Positions 1 through 13,050 of a DNA stretch of 64,000 bases are shown here, one piece after another. The position numbers and the translations under genes are program-made. Within the stretch, counting starts at the first letter, position 1. The number at the start of each line of letters is the position of its first letter. Location of the stretch: contig NW_026781895.1 of the NCBI RefSeq assembly GCF_031769215.1, forward strand, positions 62,001 to 126,000, read 5' to 3'. The notes below the pieces were generated by a model, which saw only the letters and a list, made by a program, of their open reading frames with translations, was not told the origin of the DNA and did not search any database. Origin of the DNA: Ylistrum balloti (taxonomy: Eukaryota).

Positions 1-1989
1 TTTACAACAGTCTTTTGTTTTGAACGTTTCATGAAAATTTCCAAAAACCTTCTATAGATGTACATAGGTCAGAAGTGAGCCAAAATTGTATATGATAAGG
101 TCCCATCCCCTGTTGACTGTGGGGCGTTGCAAATCAAATCAATAATCTTAATCAGTATTAGATTTATGGTTGCTTGGTCAACCTCAATGTCACTATTAAC
201 AGTTTCATTCTGTAGGGAATTGTTATCAAACTCGGTAATATGCTTTACGGCACAGCCGTTAGTGAGGGCGGAGCATATATCCCTATGCACAATCATAGGT
301 TGTACCAAGGACGTGATAATATTGTGACAAATCTTTATCTAGAACTTTCATATCAAATGAACTATTCCAATCTTCAGAGATGAATCACAGGAGCATGTCG
401 CACTTATATTATTAAAAAAAAATACTATAGGTAAAAATAATATAAATGCGACATGCCCCTGTGGATGAATGAGGGGTAATGGTATTTTAGCTAGGCCTAC
501 ATAACGTTAATCATTTTCAATATTCATATGTAGAATAAACAAAAGCTTTTATTGCCAGGATGAGTTAGGCCTACACGCAGTGATGTATGGTACATCATTA
601 TCTTTATCTGTGCAACGTAAATTAATATTAGTTAATTAGAATTACTTACTTCACGCAATGCCTTGTTGGGTAGTTGTACACTGGATCATTACAGTAATGG
701 TTAGTTTGGCAAGTTACAAGAAGCTCTGGCACATTTATAGAGGTCTTCATTGTGGAGATGAATTACCTATTTAAACATAAATATGGGTACACATACATGT
801 ACTAAATATCTTACACATAATTACACTTAATAAGATGAATATATGGTATTTGTTCTTACAAATTAAACTACACTGTGTCTTATATATTCAAAATCAACAA
901 CGTACCATATTCTTGATAATTTTGAGGAAATGACCGTAGAGAAAATTTTATACGTGCATAAATTCACTGTTTGATCAGGATTGGAAGCAAAATGATAGGA
1001 TACTATAGATCTATATGTATGTATAAATTTCAAATGTATTTCATTTGAGCTTTCACACTCCTTCCCATTTTCTAAGCATGATAATGGGGAGATTAAAAAG
1101 CATAAGGCAGAACAAGTATACATGTGTTTTGCCCATATATCTATATACAATTGTATACCAGTATATATACATAATATATTACCATTATTTAATTTATTAT
1201 TTATTTTTTATTTTTATTTATTTATTTTAAACACAATTTGACGATTAATAGCTGGCCATTGCTAATCTGAAACAATGAATTGAAATTCATAGGGACAAGC
1301 GCAGACAGGTGTCCAACAATGGACCACCCAGGGATGTCCAAGAACAGTTTTGCACCCAGAGTATCTGTCTGCACTCCCAGTAATGTATCCGTCTGTGTGC
1401 ACGTGTTACCCCCAAACAACACTGAAATTTAACTTGTGTTACCCTCCGACTGATACTTCTGTTCAACTAGAAGCCTATATAATTAATTCAATTCATTTAT
1501 TAACTTCAGTTTTTGCAGCTCATCAGTAAACATAGGTGGAAACAATAATAGACACTACAACAATAGACATTAAGTCAAGTTACAAATATATCATGTACTT
1601 CATGAATTAGTAGCACTATCTCCCAACCACTCATTTAGAAAGCTGTACATCCAGATGAAACTTCCTACTCCTTTTTAATGTTGTTGATATTTTCTGCCTT
1701 ACAATATCATTTGTATAATAAAGGGTAGTTATAGCCAGCTGTATGTTGCACACCATACCATACCAGTAAGCTGTGATATAATGATCGACAATTGCAATAC
1801 AATTGTGGTATGACACAACACAGGAGTGTTTGCAACAAATTACATGTCAATATTTGTTTCAGAAAAAAAAAAGAATTGAACAGGTTATAGTTAATTAGGA
1901 TATTATTTATCATCATCATCATTTCTTTATTTCCTTCAAATATTGAAGAGTAATACAATGACAAATATTGTAAATTTAGGTGAAAATTA

Positions 1990-3765
1990 AAGAAAAAAAG
2001 TGCAAGAATATATGTATATAATTATTGAACAATGAATGTGAATAACCAATCCATCAATAATGGAGATTTCTGGCAGAACACATCAAACATTAGATAGGAG
2101 ATGACTTTTACTAAAAAGTCATATTGTAGGCCTTTTCAGAAAACATTAGACAATCTTTAATAAAAAATGTAAACAAAGATGAATCGTCATAAATGATTCA
2201 TAAATGTCCTCACTGGGTGTACCCAACAGAGACGCTATCTGGACATCTCTGTCCTCATGATCAAATGATACATACACATTAACTCGATATTTGTCCACAA
2301 AACTGGTAAAAAGATTATCTCGCAGAGACGTTAATATGGGCTCTTTGCAGTCAAGTAAACAATGGGCGACTGCGTCTTCAAAAGTGCTTTTACATCGAGC
2401 ACATAAAAGTTCATAAGTAGGAGGGGCAATCCACAATTTTGCCACAGTTTTACATGTCCTGTTAAAATTTGGATGGCGTTTAGAAAATGACCAAATTACT
2501 GCAGGAACCATATCAGGATTATGAATTTTGAATCTATGAAATTCTAACGAACTGTTTATACGTAAACGCCAGTCATCAGATTCTTTACACAGAAGGACAT
2601 TCTTTACAAGATATTTCCAGCCAAGATTGTATAGAAATTTCCCAGTATTAAGAAAATCAAGATGCCTCGGAAGTTGTATTTGTGTAAAGCATCCCAAACT
2701 ACGTTGATGAAACCTTTCTTAGCGTTATTTACCCCAAGATGTTTTTGATGTAAACGCAACAAAAAGAGTTGTTTTGAAGTACAAGTTGTTTTGATATTAC
2801 ACAAAGCCCAAAAAAACGAAGCTTACATTGCTCTACGTAACGATGTATAGAAGATAAACCTAACATTCCCAATGCTACATCAGACCTAGTACGAAGTGGG
2901 AAATTTTGCATTAATTTTGCACATAAATGATGGACTGGTTCTAGGCGATGCCAATCAGAGTTGGAGAGAGAGTTCCAGAGCTCACAACCAAACATACCTC
3001 TAGGGAGTACAACAGACAAATATAGATGGACTCCAGTCAAGGAATTGATACTAGGACCAAATAAATTACAATTTAGTAGAGCAAAACACTGACCTCGTAG
3101 TTTGTGGATAACATCGTCAACATCAGGCCGACCTGGTTTAAATTTATTCAAATTAATACCCACGTGTTTAACACTTGTGCTTTCATTAACAACATTGTCA
3201 CCTAGATACCAAGTACGATACGATTGTGAGCGAACATCACTACTTTCATTGAAGACAATAACTACTGATTTGGAGGCATTATATTTAAATCTCCATTTAC
3301 AACTATACTTGTAGCAAATATCTATAAGCATATCTAAATTGTGTTTGGTAAGTGAAAGAAGACAAATATCATCTGCTTGCGTAGGGCACGTGACATAAAC
3401 ATCAGATATAGCTAGCGAGTATACAGAACTACTAAGATCATTTAACAAATCGTTGATATAAACAGAGTAGAGCCAAGGGGAGATAATACTGCCCTGACGT
3501 GTTCCCTGGCTTATCTCGAACACTTCAGACACAAAGTTTTGATACATAACAACACTATACATATCCTTGTGTAAAGACATAATCATACTAACAATTTTTC
3601 TGTCAAAACCCAAACGTGATAGTTTTAAAAACAGACCGTCGAGCCAGACACAATCAAAGGCTTAAGACGCGTCTAAAAAACAAGTGAACAATTTACTATC
3701 ATGTTCAGAAGCGTACGCAATTGTTTCTTGCACGATATATGAAGTCATAGAGCTACTAGCTTGTT
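1990..3765 (-). mobile_element. 5'-truncated, frameshifted non-LTR retrotransposon (LINE) with RT and C-terminal Cys/His knuckle
   Basis: ORF 2729-3613 has RT motifs GTRQGSIISPWLYSVYINDL and PTQADD. Upstream frameshifted sequence reads LDA-KAFDCVW (about 3640-3690). ORF 2146-2697 has CARC...HCLLDC. The clade is not resolved and the 3' boundary is approximate. Confidence 0.85.
2729..3613 (-). pseudogene. LINE reverse transcriptase fragment
   Basis: RT motifs QGSIISP and QADD; no genuine start; broken by frameshifts on both sides. Confidence 0.85.
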
Positions 3766-4085
3766 TTTTAGGGTTCACAGACAAGACCATTGTTTGAAGT
3801 ATAAATCATTGACTAAAAATGTCACAACTGCAATTAATGGAATTAAAGTATTGGGTATGTTAACTAGATTTATTAATGCATCTGGATTTCTGATTTCATG
3901 TTTTTAATGGATGAATAATGACGTATAGATGAAACTGTTAACTATAGACTATTTGGCTACTGACTATTCAATATGTCACACAAAACTCTGGGTTAGCGAT
4001 TATCATATTACCCACCACTAGAGTAGTAAAGCAACAAAGTGTGATGTATAGATGGCCTTCAGTTCATTTTTTCTTCTAAATGAAG

Positions 4086-5035
4086 TTATTGGCAGAGGAA
4101 ATCATGTTCGTCTGTAAGATGTGATTGTGTTTCCTGAGTGATTTTACAAAGCAACTTAATTCTTTCAATTTCATTTGCCCTTGCTTTAGTAGTTTTAGTG
4201 CATACCTCCTGGCATAGACAGACTTCATTGATCAAAACATGAGGGTGCCAAGCAAAGTCGGTTCTTCTCCAGCTGTTTTTGCATTTAATAGTGCTACATG
4301 TAAAATAATGCACCTGGATTTCTGGTCTCGAAGGTTTTGTTTCCAGGATGAGTGATTATTTATCGATTGGCTTCTCCATTACCGATGGTCATTCCTTGGC
4401 AACGATGAATTGTTGTGCCCCATACTAACCTTAGCAGAATTTGTTTTCTCTTGCAATTGAAGCAATAACAATTCATTTTCCTTTCAACAGAGACTATGGG
4501 CACCAATTTTGGGTGGCTGTCAATAAATGGAGGACCTGTATATTTGATGAAGTTTACATTGACAACATCTGGAATGCTGTTGTCTGGTTTGTTGCCATTC
4601 AGGTATAGAATGTCAACAACCTGCCCCATGGAACCATTGAAAAGTCCATGCTTAGCATTCAAGTTACAAGTAAGCATAACTTTGGCACCTCTACACAAGA
4701 ACAATGTTTTGGTTGAGCCATTTGAGGAGTCATTGGATACAATTTTTAAATGCTGGCCTTGATCAATAGCTGAAATTCTAGAAATAGCAGATATCTGATT
4801 TAATTGCAAAAGTTGATGTTTGTTGTGTTACCATGATCTGCCATTCTGTCAAGCAAAGATTCCGGAAATCAAATTTGCACTTTTTCCTGTTGGACAAAGT
4901 ACTTATACAGCTTTGTTTGATTTGAACAATTGTCTTATAGACCTTACTATGCACTGTATCAGAAAAACTTTTTTCATCATTGTACTGTGTTAGTGTGTCC
5001 ATAACGAGATTGTATGCAAAGGTCTGTTTACTGTT
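4086..5035 (-). pseudogene. PIF1-family helicase remnant with internal deletions
   Basis: LNSKQTFAYNLV start, partial Walker A (KSFL), motif Ia CPTGKSA, 2B domain GAKVMLTCNL..GLFNGSMG and motif V TTIHRCQG. Confidence 0.8.
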
Positions 5036-5646
5036 TAAAGAATGATGTGAAACATCAGGGAGATCAAGGCCTGGAATATTGTTGTTCTGAGGAAGTTGCT
5101 TGTTAAGGTTTTCCAGAAATTTGATGCCTTTGTCAAATGAATATAGAATAGTCTCAGCACTCCAATCATAATTTGGTCCTCCATCATCATATGTGAAGTC
5201 TTGGATGTTACCATCAAAAAATCTGGATTTGGTTCCAAAAGATCCATCTATTCTGGCTTTTCAGCATTTAAATTTTCTTCGCACTCCTCATCATCCGGAT
5301 GAATAGCATCAGGTTCTTTATGCTGCTTTGCTCTTTCAACGTCTGCCCTAACAAAGGGACATAATTCCAAAGATAAGAAAACTGTAAATACATCAATCCA
5401 CGTTTCATTGTTGTCTTTAACATCATTGATTTTTCTCCAGTTAGGCTTGAGCAGTAACATCATTGTACACCAATAATCTTCCTGAAGTAGCCATGTTGCT
5501 CTTACTTGACTTCCAGAAATTACTGGCACCTTCCCGGATTTACAGATGTTTTAGTACCATGAACTATGGTCATTCTCCGGACGTTGAATGTATTTATCCA
5601 GATGCATTTTTTATGATGGCAGAGCCTGTTTTTTTTTAAGAACCCT

Positions 5647-6546
5647 TCAACCTGAAAGACGTACAGATTGGAACTGATGGCTACAACGAGAAAGTGGAAG
5701 ACGAGACAATTCAAAGGATGCCTCAACACTTGAGATGTCCATTTTGACTGTATTCATCGGAAGCTTAGTACATAGACTGTTTACATTTGCTCCAGAATTT
5801 CCATCTTTATTGTTAGCCAATTTATGGAAGAGGTAAACTAAGGCACCAGTAGGCTGATTTCCTTTACATGCATAGCCAGATACATATCTTTCCGTTGAAA
5901 TGATTTCCTCTACAGGATTTTCTGGATTGCTCTTTGAAAGAATGATGGAAATGTCTCCATTTGCTCTCCATCCCTGTGTATGGAATTTTGAATGTTGAAC
6001 CACTGTTGGATGATCTCTTGTCATCGCCAGTCTTAATGAATTATTTGTATCTCTAACTATTGCAGGAGTGGTGCGAAGAAGTTTTCCTGCTTTGTCTTCT
6101 GTTCCGAATTTCATTCTACAATCTTTTATTTGGGAGTGAGCTTTTCTTGGTAGTTGTAGACAATAATCAGAACAACGGTGTATATTTATTCTGTTGGTGA
6201 GTAGAAGATGATCCTCTAGAATGGATTCCTGGGAATGACTGACATCCATTAATATTTTCATTAGAGGAGTTTTCTCTTCTGGTGGAGGCCAAAGGTCTAT
6301 TCTGGGTTCTCCAGTATCATCCTTTCCAGCACGGTAATTGGCTGTCAATCCAAACTTTGATTCGGCCCACTTAGACAAATGCTTGGCACAGTCATCATCG
6401 GAAAGTCCTTTTTCAATCAGGGAGTAATTGAGGTTGTGTGGTTCACGATCTGACCGCCAGCATAAGCAATGCCAGTGAACCATGCCCCGTGACTTGGCAA
6501 ACTCCTGTCTATACCAGTAGGCATTTACATTAAAAACAGGACCCAT
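5647..6546 (-). pseudogene. Helitron Rep (HUH endonuclease) fragment
   Basis: HUH motif HWH at 6469-6477, RQEFAKSRG motif, and YVSGYACK Tyr motif. Confidence 0.8.
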
Positions 6547-8370
6547 GACCTTTTGAAAATAGTTTTGTGTTCAAATTTCAAAATGGTGAGCTACGACATG
6601 GGCATTGGCCTGTAAAACTGAAAACAGTGTGGTACGGTTGGTTAGATCGACAACAGTTCCAATTGTTTGTAATTTGTAAATTTTGAGCAGTCTGTGCAAA
6701 GCCTTAAAATAGAATTCTGCACAACGTCCTGTTGTAAAGAAAGATGGCAGGCCATTTCTCTCATTTATCTGGAATTGAATCAAAGCTCGCAGTTCTTTTG
6801 CACGTTGAGTATTGAGCACTGCCTCGAATATTTGCGGCAAAGGAAAGGATTTTTTACTGGCACGGTGTTATTGCCATTTTGCAACTGCTCTTTTAAGTCT
6901 GAAACTTTCATGTACTCATCATCAAGATGCTGTTTGACGATATAACAACTTTGTTCTTATGTGCGTTATCTGATCAAAATGTTGTGAACAATGAATTTAG
7001 AGTATGAATGACGTGCAAATCTACCATCCCTGTACCAGAGCAGATGGTCTGCCCAATCAGTCATTGATTCACAAGTCATTGGTCTGTTCACATGGAAATA
7101 TCCAGTTATATATGGAAACAGGCATGCTTATGCCAAAGTAAAGAAATACTTGGTTGTAAATTTGGAAATTGGTGTGTTGATCCAGGATCAACTTGCAGGG
7201 GAGCAGGGCCGTTGTCTTTTACCGTATTTGATATGTTATCAAGGTCAAGAGTTTGAAGTTCTAAGTCACTGTCAACAGGAAGCTGATTAAGTCTGTCCTG
7301 GCTTATGATAATGTCTGAGTATGCTGGATTGTTTCCTTTTAGCCAAACCAGAGCATTTTGTATTATGAACCTTCTCACGCGGTATTCTTTGTAACTATCA
7401 TTTTTGTCCTTTCTTTTTACTTTAAGAACGTTTATTTCTGAAGGAAGCTGAGGCAGGGTCTGTGAAGGCTCATTAATTTGTTGGGGGAAGGATACACAGT
7501 GGCTGTTTGCTGCAATGCCACCATGTTTGAGCATGTGGAAGTTAATGGCAGGGGATATTCTGCATATTAGTTGCTGCTCGACTAAAGACAAATTATTTAA
7601 TTGATTTGGTACTGGCTTTGGATCCATGTTGTTTTGATCCGGAAACATTTTGACGATGGATTTCCCGTGACCACATGTCATTTTCATTTCCAACCTCCTT
7701 GCATTGCAGATGTTACATACATTAAAGTTGTATGAATTTTTCTTCGGTTCAAAGGCGCGAATTGCATCCATAGTACAATTAAACTGTTTGCGGTGACTTA
7801 CTGGTGGCGGATTTGGAATATCATCTAATGTTATGTTTATTTTTTCTGTACGTTTTGAAATTAAACGACAGTATTTTGTTGGACGATTTGAGAAGTTCTG
7901 AGAATCTGGTTCAAAGTGAATACCAAGTTTTCGACATTTGAAAAAACCAATCTGCTGTATCAGGCTCATAAATGTTTGATTCTGCAGCATTACTGTTGGA
8001 ATGTTTGTTTGAAATCGGATTTGAACTATTTGGTGGTCTTTCTATGACTAGTTCAAAACTTGAATGTATTTGTGTGGTTTGACTGTTTTTTGTAGCTTTT
8101 GAAGGGACCTTATGTGTGAGTAACTTGTTCTTTCTTTTTTCACTTGTCTGGTTAGATTGTGCATGCAAGTTTTGGGAGGAATTTGGTTTCTCAAATGAAC
8201 ATTTTGGTAATGATGTCCTGAATTCACGACTGTGTATTTGTTTCAACACCTGGAAATGTCCATTGTTAAACACTAAGGTACATCACCATCAGGTGTATAT
8301 TTTTCAAGGGTGAAATTGTGTTCATTTGGAACCGCAGAATTTGTATTGAAGTGATTTTACAGGTGTACAT

Positions 8371-8700
8371 TTATTTGTGAAGTTTTAACAAAATTGCTGC
8401 AATTGCAACTTCAACTGTAGCCCAGCCACGTTGCTGAATCATTGCTTTCTGATACTGATCTGCAGTTGTGACATTTTCATGCTTTAAGATAACCATGTCT
8501 TTGTACATTTCAAAGTTGTTATAAATGTATTCACAGATTTTGTGTCTTAAGCTTGAGTAGTCCTTGTCAACTTGGTTATTTAGGAGAAGACTTAGACAGT
8601 GAAAGAAACCGTTTCCATCACCAGGAACATCAACGACTTTGAAAGTAGCATTTTGGGTGCATATTGTCCTATAACTTTCTTCAAAAGCAGATGCATCCAT
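8371..8700 (-). pseudogene. OTU-like cysteine protease domain of the Helitron-like element (catalytic Cys replaced by Gly)
   Basis: VVDVPGDGNGFFHCLS...LRHKICEYI...GWATVEVAIAA matches the OTU fold pattern, which normally reads DGNC. Confidence 0.75.
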
Positions 8701-10269
8701 GTTTTTGCTGTAACCATGATTATGATTGATTTGTTTTTATGCTTATGTTGAGGACAAGGAGTGGAGGTGTACCCATGTACATTTTCTTGGTTTATTTCTT
8801 CCGTAGAAATAGCTAAAATTGTGATGTATTTTCATCGACTGAATGGCAATATGGTATTGATGAATAACTGTGATCACACTGAATATGGCTAGAATTGAAA
8901 TGGTCACTGGATGTAGCATTATTGTTCGTAGATTGATTGACTGTACACGTGTGTGATGTACTGTAGCAGTGATCTTTTTGAATAGATGACAAATTATTCA
9001 TTTTCAGTTTTTTTCCTGCTATTTACAGACTGATCCAGAGACCTATATCATAGCGAGCAACTACAAGCAAAAATTGTTGAAATTTCCCTTACATTTTCAA
9101 ATAATAAATGTAACACAGAATACTAAAAGATAGAAATAGTATTGTGTACTGTAAAATTGGTTAGTTTATAAGAAAAACAAATTATTTTGGCAAGTTTCTT
9201 TTAAAATCTGCATCATCGTGCATATAATGCCTAATATTTGTTATGATAAAGTGGAAAAAATGTTGTACTCATGTCACAGCACAGACTCGAGAATTCCCCA
9301 CAGTATTCCAGCACTTGCTTCAACAAATATATATAGATCTGAAAAGGTCAACTTCAATTAATTTCAAACGTGTGTTTCACAATAAAGACATTTGTTTTCA
9401 CCAAGACATGGCACATTAAACTTGTTATTTGTTAAAAGAAAATCCACATCATGCTTTTTATATCAAAAATATCTATAAAAGTATTTTTCATCATTAGTAT
9501 CCTATCATTTTGTTTTCCTGATCACATCCTTGTGAATTTTGCTCCGTCTCTTCTTCCCGGCCAGGTCTTGTACTTTTTTCCGGCAGCACGTTGTCTTGTT
9601 GTTATTTTGATACTAATTTTACGTAGCAGACGTCAGCATTTCCAACCAATCAGAGTGATCGTTATGCGTATGCTCACAAAACATGTGCAAAGTTTATTCA
9701 TGTGTATTGAAAAGCGACTCGTTTTCTTCGGTAGGGCAAGGAACATTATTTGAAGATCTAAATGAAAAAAATACTCACAGGCGGAAATTTCGATTTTGAC
9801 CAATCAAATTGACGATGTGTATTTTGACCGGTCATAGTAATGTTGGAAGAAAGACGCAAAGTTAGTGCGATATGACAATATGGGTGTATTTCGAGTTTGT
9901 AAATGAACACGAATTTTAAAAAAATCTTAGCTGTAGGCCTGCAGATTTGCGTTTTGCAATTAAAGTAAACATAACCTTTTCTGCGAGGTATTCTTCGAGA
10001 TTCAATTATTATTGTCTTTATTTCCTCCAAAGATGAAGAGCATTACATACAAATTACAGAATAAATCAACTTGAAAAGCTTACAATTAAGGTGGAAATTA
10101 ATGTACATTGTAGATGTTACAAATTATGATTATACATACAATATGTTAGTTTTATGTAATTTATACTCCATGAAGAATTATCTTGCAAGTTATAATGTTA
10201 TGAAATAATTACATACTAAGTATATATGTCACAATAATAGGTTTTAAGTGTATATAATACAGAAGGCTT

Positions 10270-11450
10270 CCACTATACATAGCCATATAGTTCAAGCATC
10301 CTTTTTATAGAACATGCTGACTTCAGTCTAAATTGTTCAAAATCATGTTTGTCTAACTGATAGGCCAGAGGACCTCCTAGTAAAATGTGAAGCAATATAT
10401 AATCTGGCAACGATTGTAAGAATGAAATAAATTCAATAGTCGAAATAGACACAATTGCACACCATAAATTGTCATGTACAATTTCTGTTAATGAGCTTCG
10501 CCCTCTATAAAGCATTGAACTATATTGTATCTTAGACAAAATGGATGTGGCAGGATTGACTTAATATAATGTTAATTGTTTTGTCTCCGTAATTGTTAAA
10601 CCTTGTTTATTAGTCTTATAAGAGACATTAATAACACAAGACAAATTTTACATTTACGTTCTGCTTGCTAGACCGGAACAATGTAACGCTATGTATTTTA
10701 ATCTGTGTTATATACGTCTCTGGTCTTATGTATGCTTAAGTGGTTAATCTTGTTATTGCCCTTTTATATAGTGTCATGTGGTAATTGGTCAGCTGAATTT
10801 TGTCTTACATCACAGTCTTACATCTTATTTCATTGGTTCTTTTGAATATGCATTTATTTCCGGTCATTGTTTGATTGACTGACAGATAGATCGGACACTT
10901 TGGTAACAGTATTCGTGAAATACCTGCGAACCAGTAAAGTAGGTTTATATTTATTTTGATATCCGCCACACTCCCACCAATTGTTATTGTATTTGATCAT
11001 TAGGATGGACACTCTAATCTAGGTATTGCTAAGATTAGGCTATACTTAACCTGTATTTTCGTATCTTTATGACATTGCAATTCAAATTAATCTATTTGGA
11101 TCTGCTGGAATGTCATTTATTTCAATTTATATTCTGATATTTTCATCAGGATTACAGTCTATTCATTTACACTCAAAGTTTTAGGTTTCATTTGTAACTT
11201 TACAAACTTTACCTTTACGACCATTAATATCAAAATGTTGACAAACTTTGTGCCCAACACAGGTAATCTAGCCAGTTTATTTATACATAATGTTTTCATC
11301 ATAACTGCAGATACTTTCATACTTGTACTAGGGACGTATAATCTGTATTATACTTCCCTGCTTGTACTGAATCTATTATCTATTTCATATGCTGTATGTC
11401 CGTACTTGTCTGGACATAGTTCATATTGATATCATCAAGTTACTCGTTAG
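10270..11450 (-). mobile_element. Highly decayed LINE 3' fragment
   Basis: ORF 10273-10539 (DNLWCAIV...LHILLGG) resembles the C-terminal segment of the LINE at 2146-2697 (DNLFTSFV...IASLLG). Weak RT-tail-like remnants lie upstream. Boundaries are approximate. Confidence 0.35.
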
Positions 11451-12749
11451 TAGTCAATTGTATCATATTTTATTTGAATGATAGTGATGTTCCATACTAA
11501 TATGTTTTAGTCTATATTTGTCCGATGTTTATGTACAGTGTAGTTATATTGTTTTATTTTCATATAGTCACAGAGTTCATACTCTTTCGGTTTGACAGTA
11601 AACTATGGTTAGAACTCTCAACAGGTTTTGTGTCTTTATTTGAACATGGCTTAGCCAACTTGATACATTGAGTTTCAGGGTTGTTAGTCAATGTCACCAT
11701 TACAATTTTTTAGAAATTCTTTGTTGGCACTCCAACATCTTCATTCCTGGAGTGATTCATATCAAACTTCACACACTTAAAAGTCTTCAAATTCTATTGA
11801 AGAAGTTTCAGAGTTGTTGAGTCAAGATAACCATTACTATTTTTCTTAAATCATAGCCAGTTCTCTTGAACTTTCATTCCCTATGGAAGTTTGATAAACC
11901 TCAAACATTATCACATGATAGTTACAAACTAATTATATACTTTTTTCTTTATTTTTGAAATGAATCCAAAATAGCGCCATCTTTAATCTTTAATTTTTAA
12001 TCCTGGACGACTGGATCACTAGTCGGATAGTCTGACACTTAACAGTTAAACAGTAAAAGCAGCAGGTTGGTACTGGCTTGCACATGTAAGTGTTAAATAC
12101 AGACTCGGTCATTCAGCTGACAGAGCATATTTCTTTGACTCAAACAGCCATGGATTATCATGCAAGTGATCCTTAAGGGTTCGATTCATGTTGTGGCACT
12201 TGACAGGTATGTGGTTTTCCCTATTCTATTACATTAGTGCCTAACAAAATCCTGCAGGTTGTGGTGGTGAAAAATAGTTTTAAGTGAAGCAGGTTGTTGT
12301 GACATTGCAGACTCTGTCACTCAGTTGATGAAGTTATGTTTTTTTTTTGTGCTGAATAAGTACATTTACAGTGGTTGTTGGTATACTGTTATAATCAAAA
12401 TAAATTAATCAACAGGTATTGACAGTAAGAGGGTGTTTGTTTACTGTAAATGTTAATAGAACCTACCCACTATCTTTTGAAGTCGCTTTCAGAAATCAGG
12501 ATAATTAATTGGAATTCCTACTTTCATTTTGATTTTCGAATTCCTAGAAACAGTATTTGTTAACAGGAACTTGAACTTCCCCAAGTATATCATTTGATTT
12601 GGACAGTAGCTCACCTAGGCATGAGACAGAATCTCAAGTGACCTTTTACAACAGTCTTTTGTTTTGAATGTTTCATGAAAATTCCCGAAAACCTTCTGTA
12701 GATGTACATAGGTGTATACTGTTATACACAAAATAAATAAATTAATTAA

Positions 12750-13050
12750 TCAACAGGTATTGACAGTAAGAGGGTGTTTGTTTATTGTAAATGTTAATAG
12801 AACCTACCCACTAAACCACAAGTATTAACAGTAAGAGGGTGTTTGTTTCCTATAAATGTTAATAGAACCTACCCACTAAACCACAAGTATTAACAGTAAG
12901 AGGGTGTTTGTTTATTGTAAATGTTAATAGAACCTACCCACTAAACCACAAGTATTGACAGTAAGAGGGTGTTTGTTTATTGTAAATGTTAATAGAACCT
13001 ACCCACTAAACCACAAGTATTAACAGTAAGAGGGTGTTTGTTTATTGTAA
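12750..13050. repeat. 65-bp tandem repeat, about 4.5 copies, plus a solo copy at about 12410-12471
   Basis: CTAAACC recurs at 12811, 12876, 12941 and 13006. Confidence 0.9.

Larger units (their letters stand above)
3940..9050 (-). mobile_element. Decayed Helitron-like (Helitron2/Helentron-related) rolling-circle element: OTU, DUF6570-like, Rep (HUH), PIF1 helicase
   Basis: Domain order on the - strand: OTU-like VPGDGNGFFH (8371-8700); DUF6570-like (7106-7990, VRR..IQNALVWLKGNNPAY); Rep YWYRQEFAKSRGMVHWH and YVSGYACKG (5647-6546); PIF1 motifs KSFLIQCIV...CPTGKSANLISG (4860-4975), LCRGAKVMLTCNL and WGTTIHRCQGMT (4360-4809). Many stops and frameshifts; termini not resolved. Confidence 0.88.
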
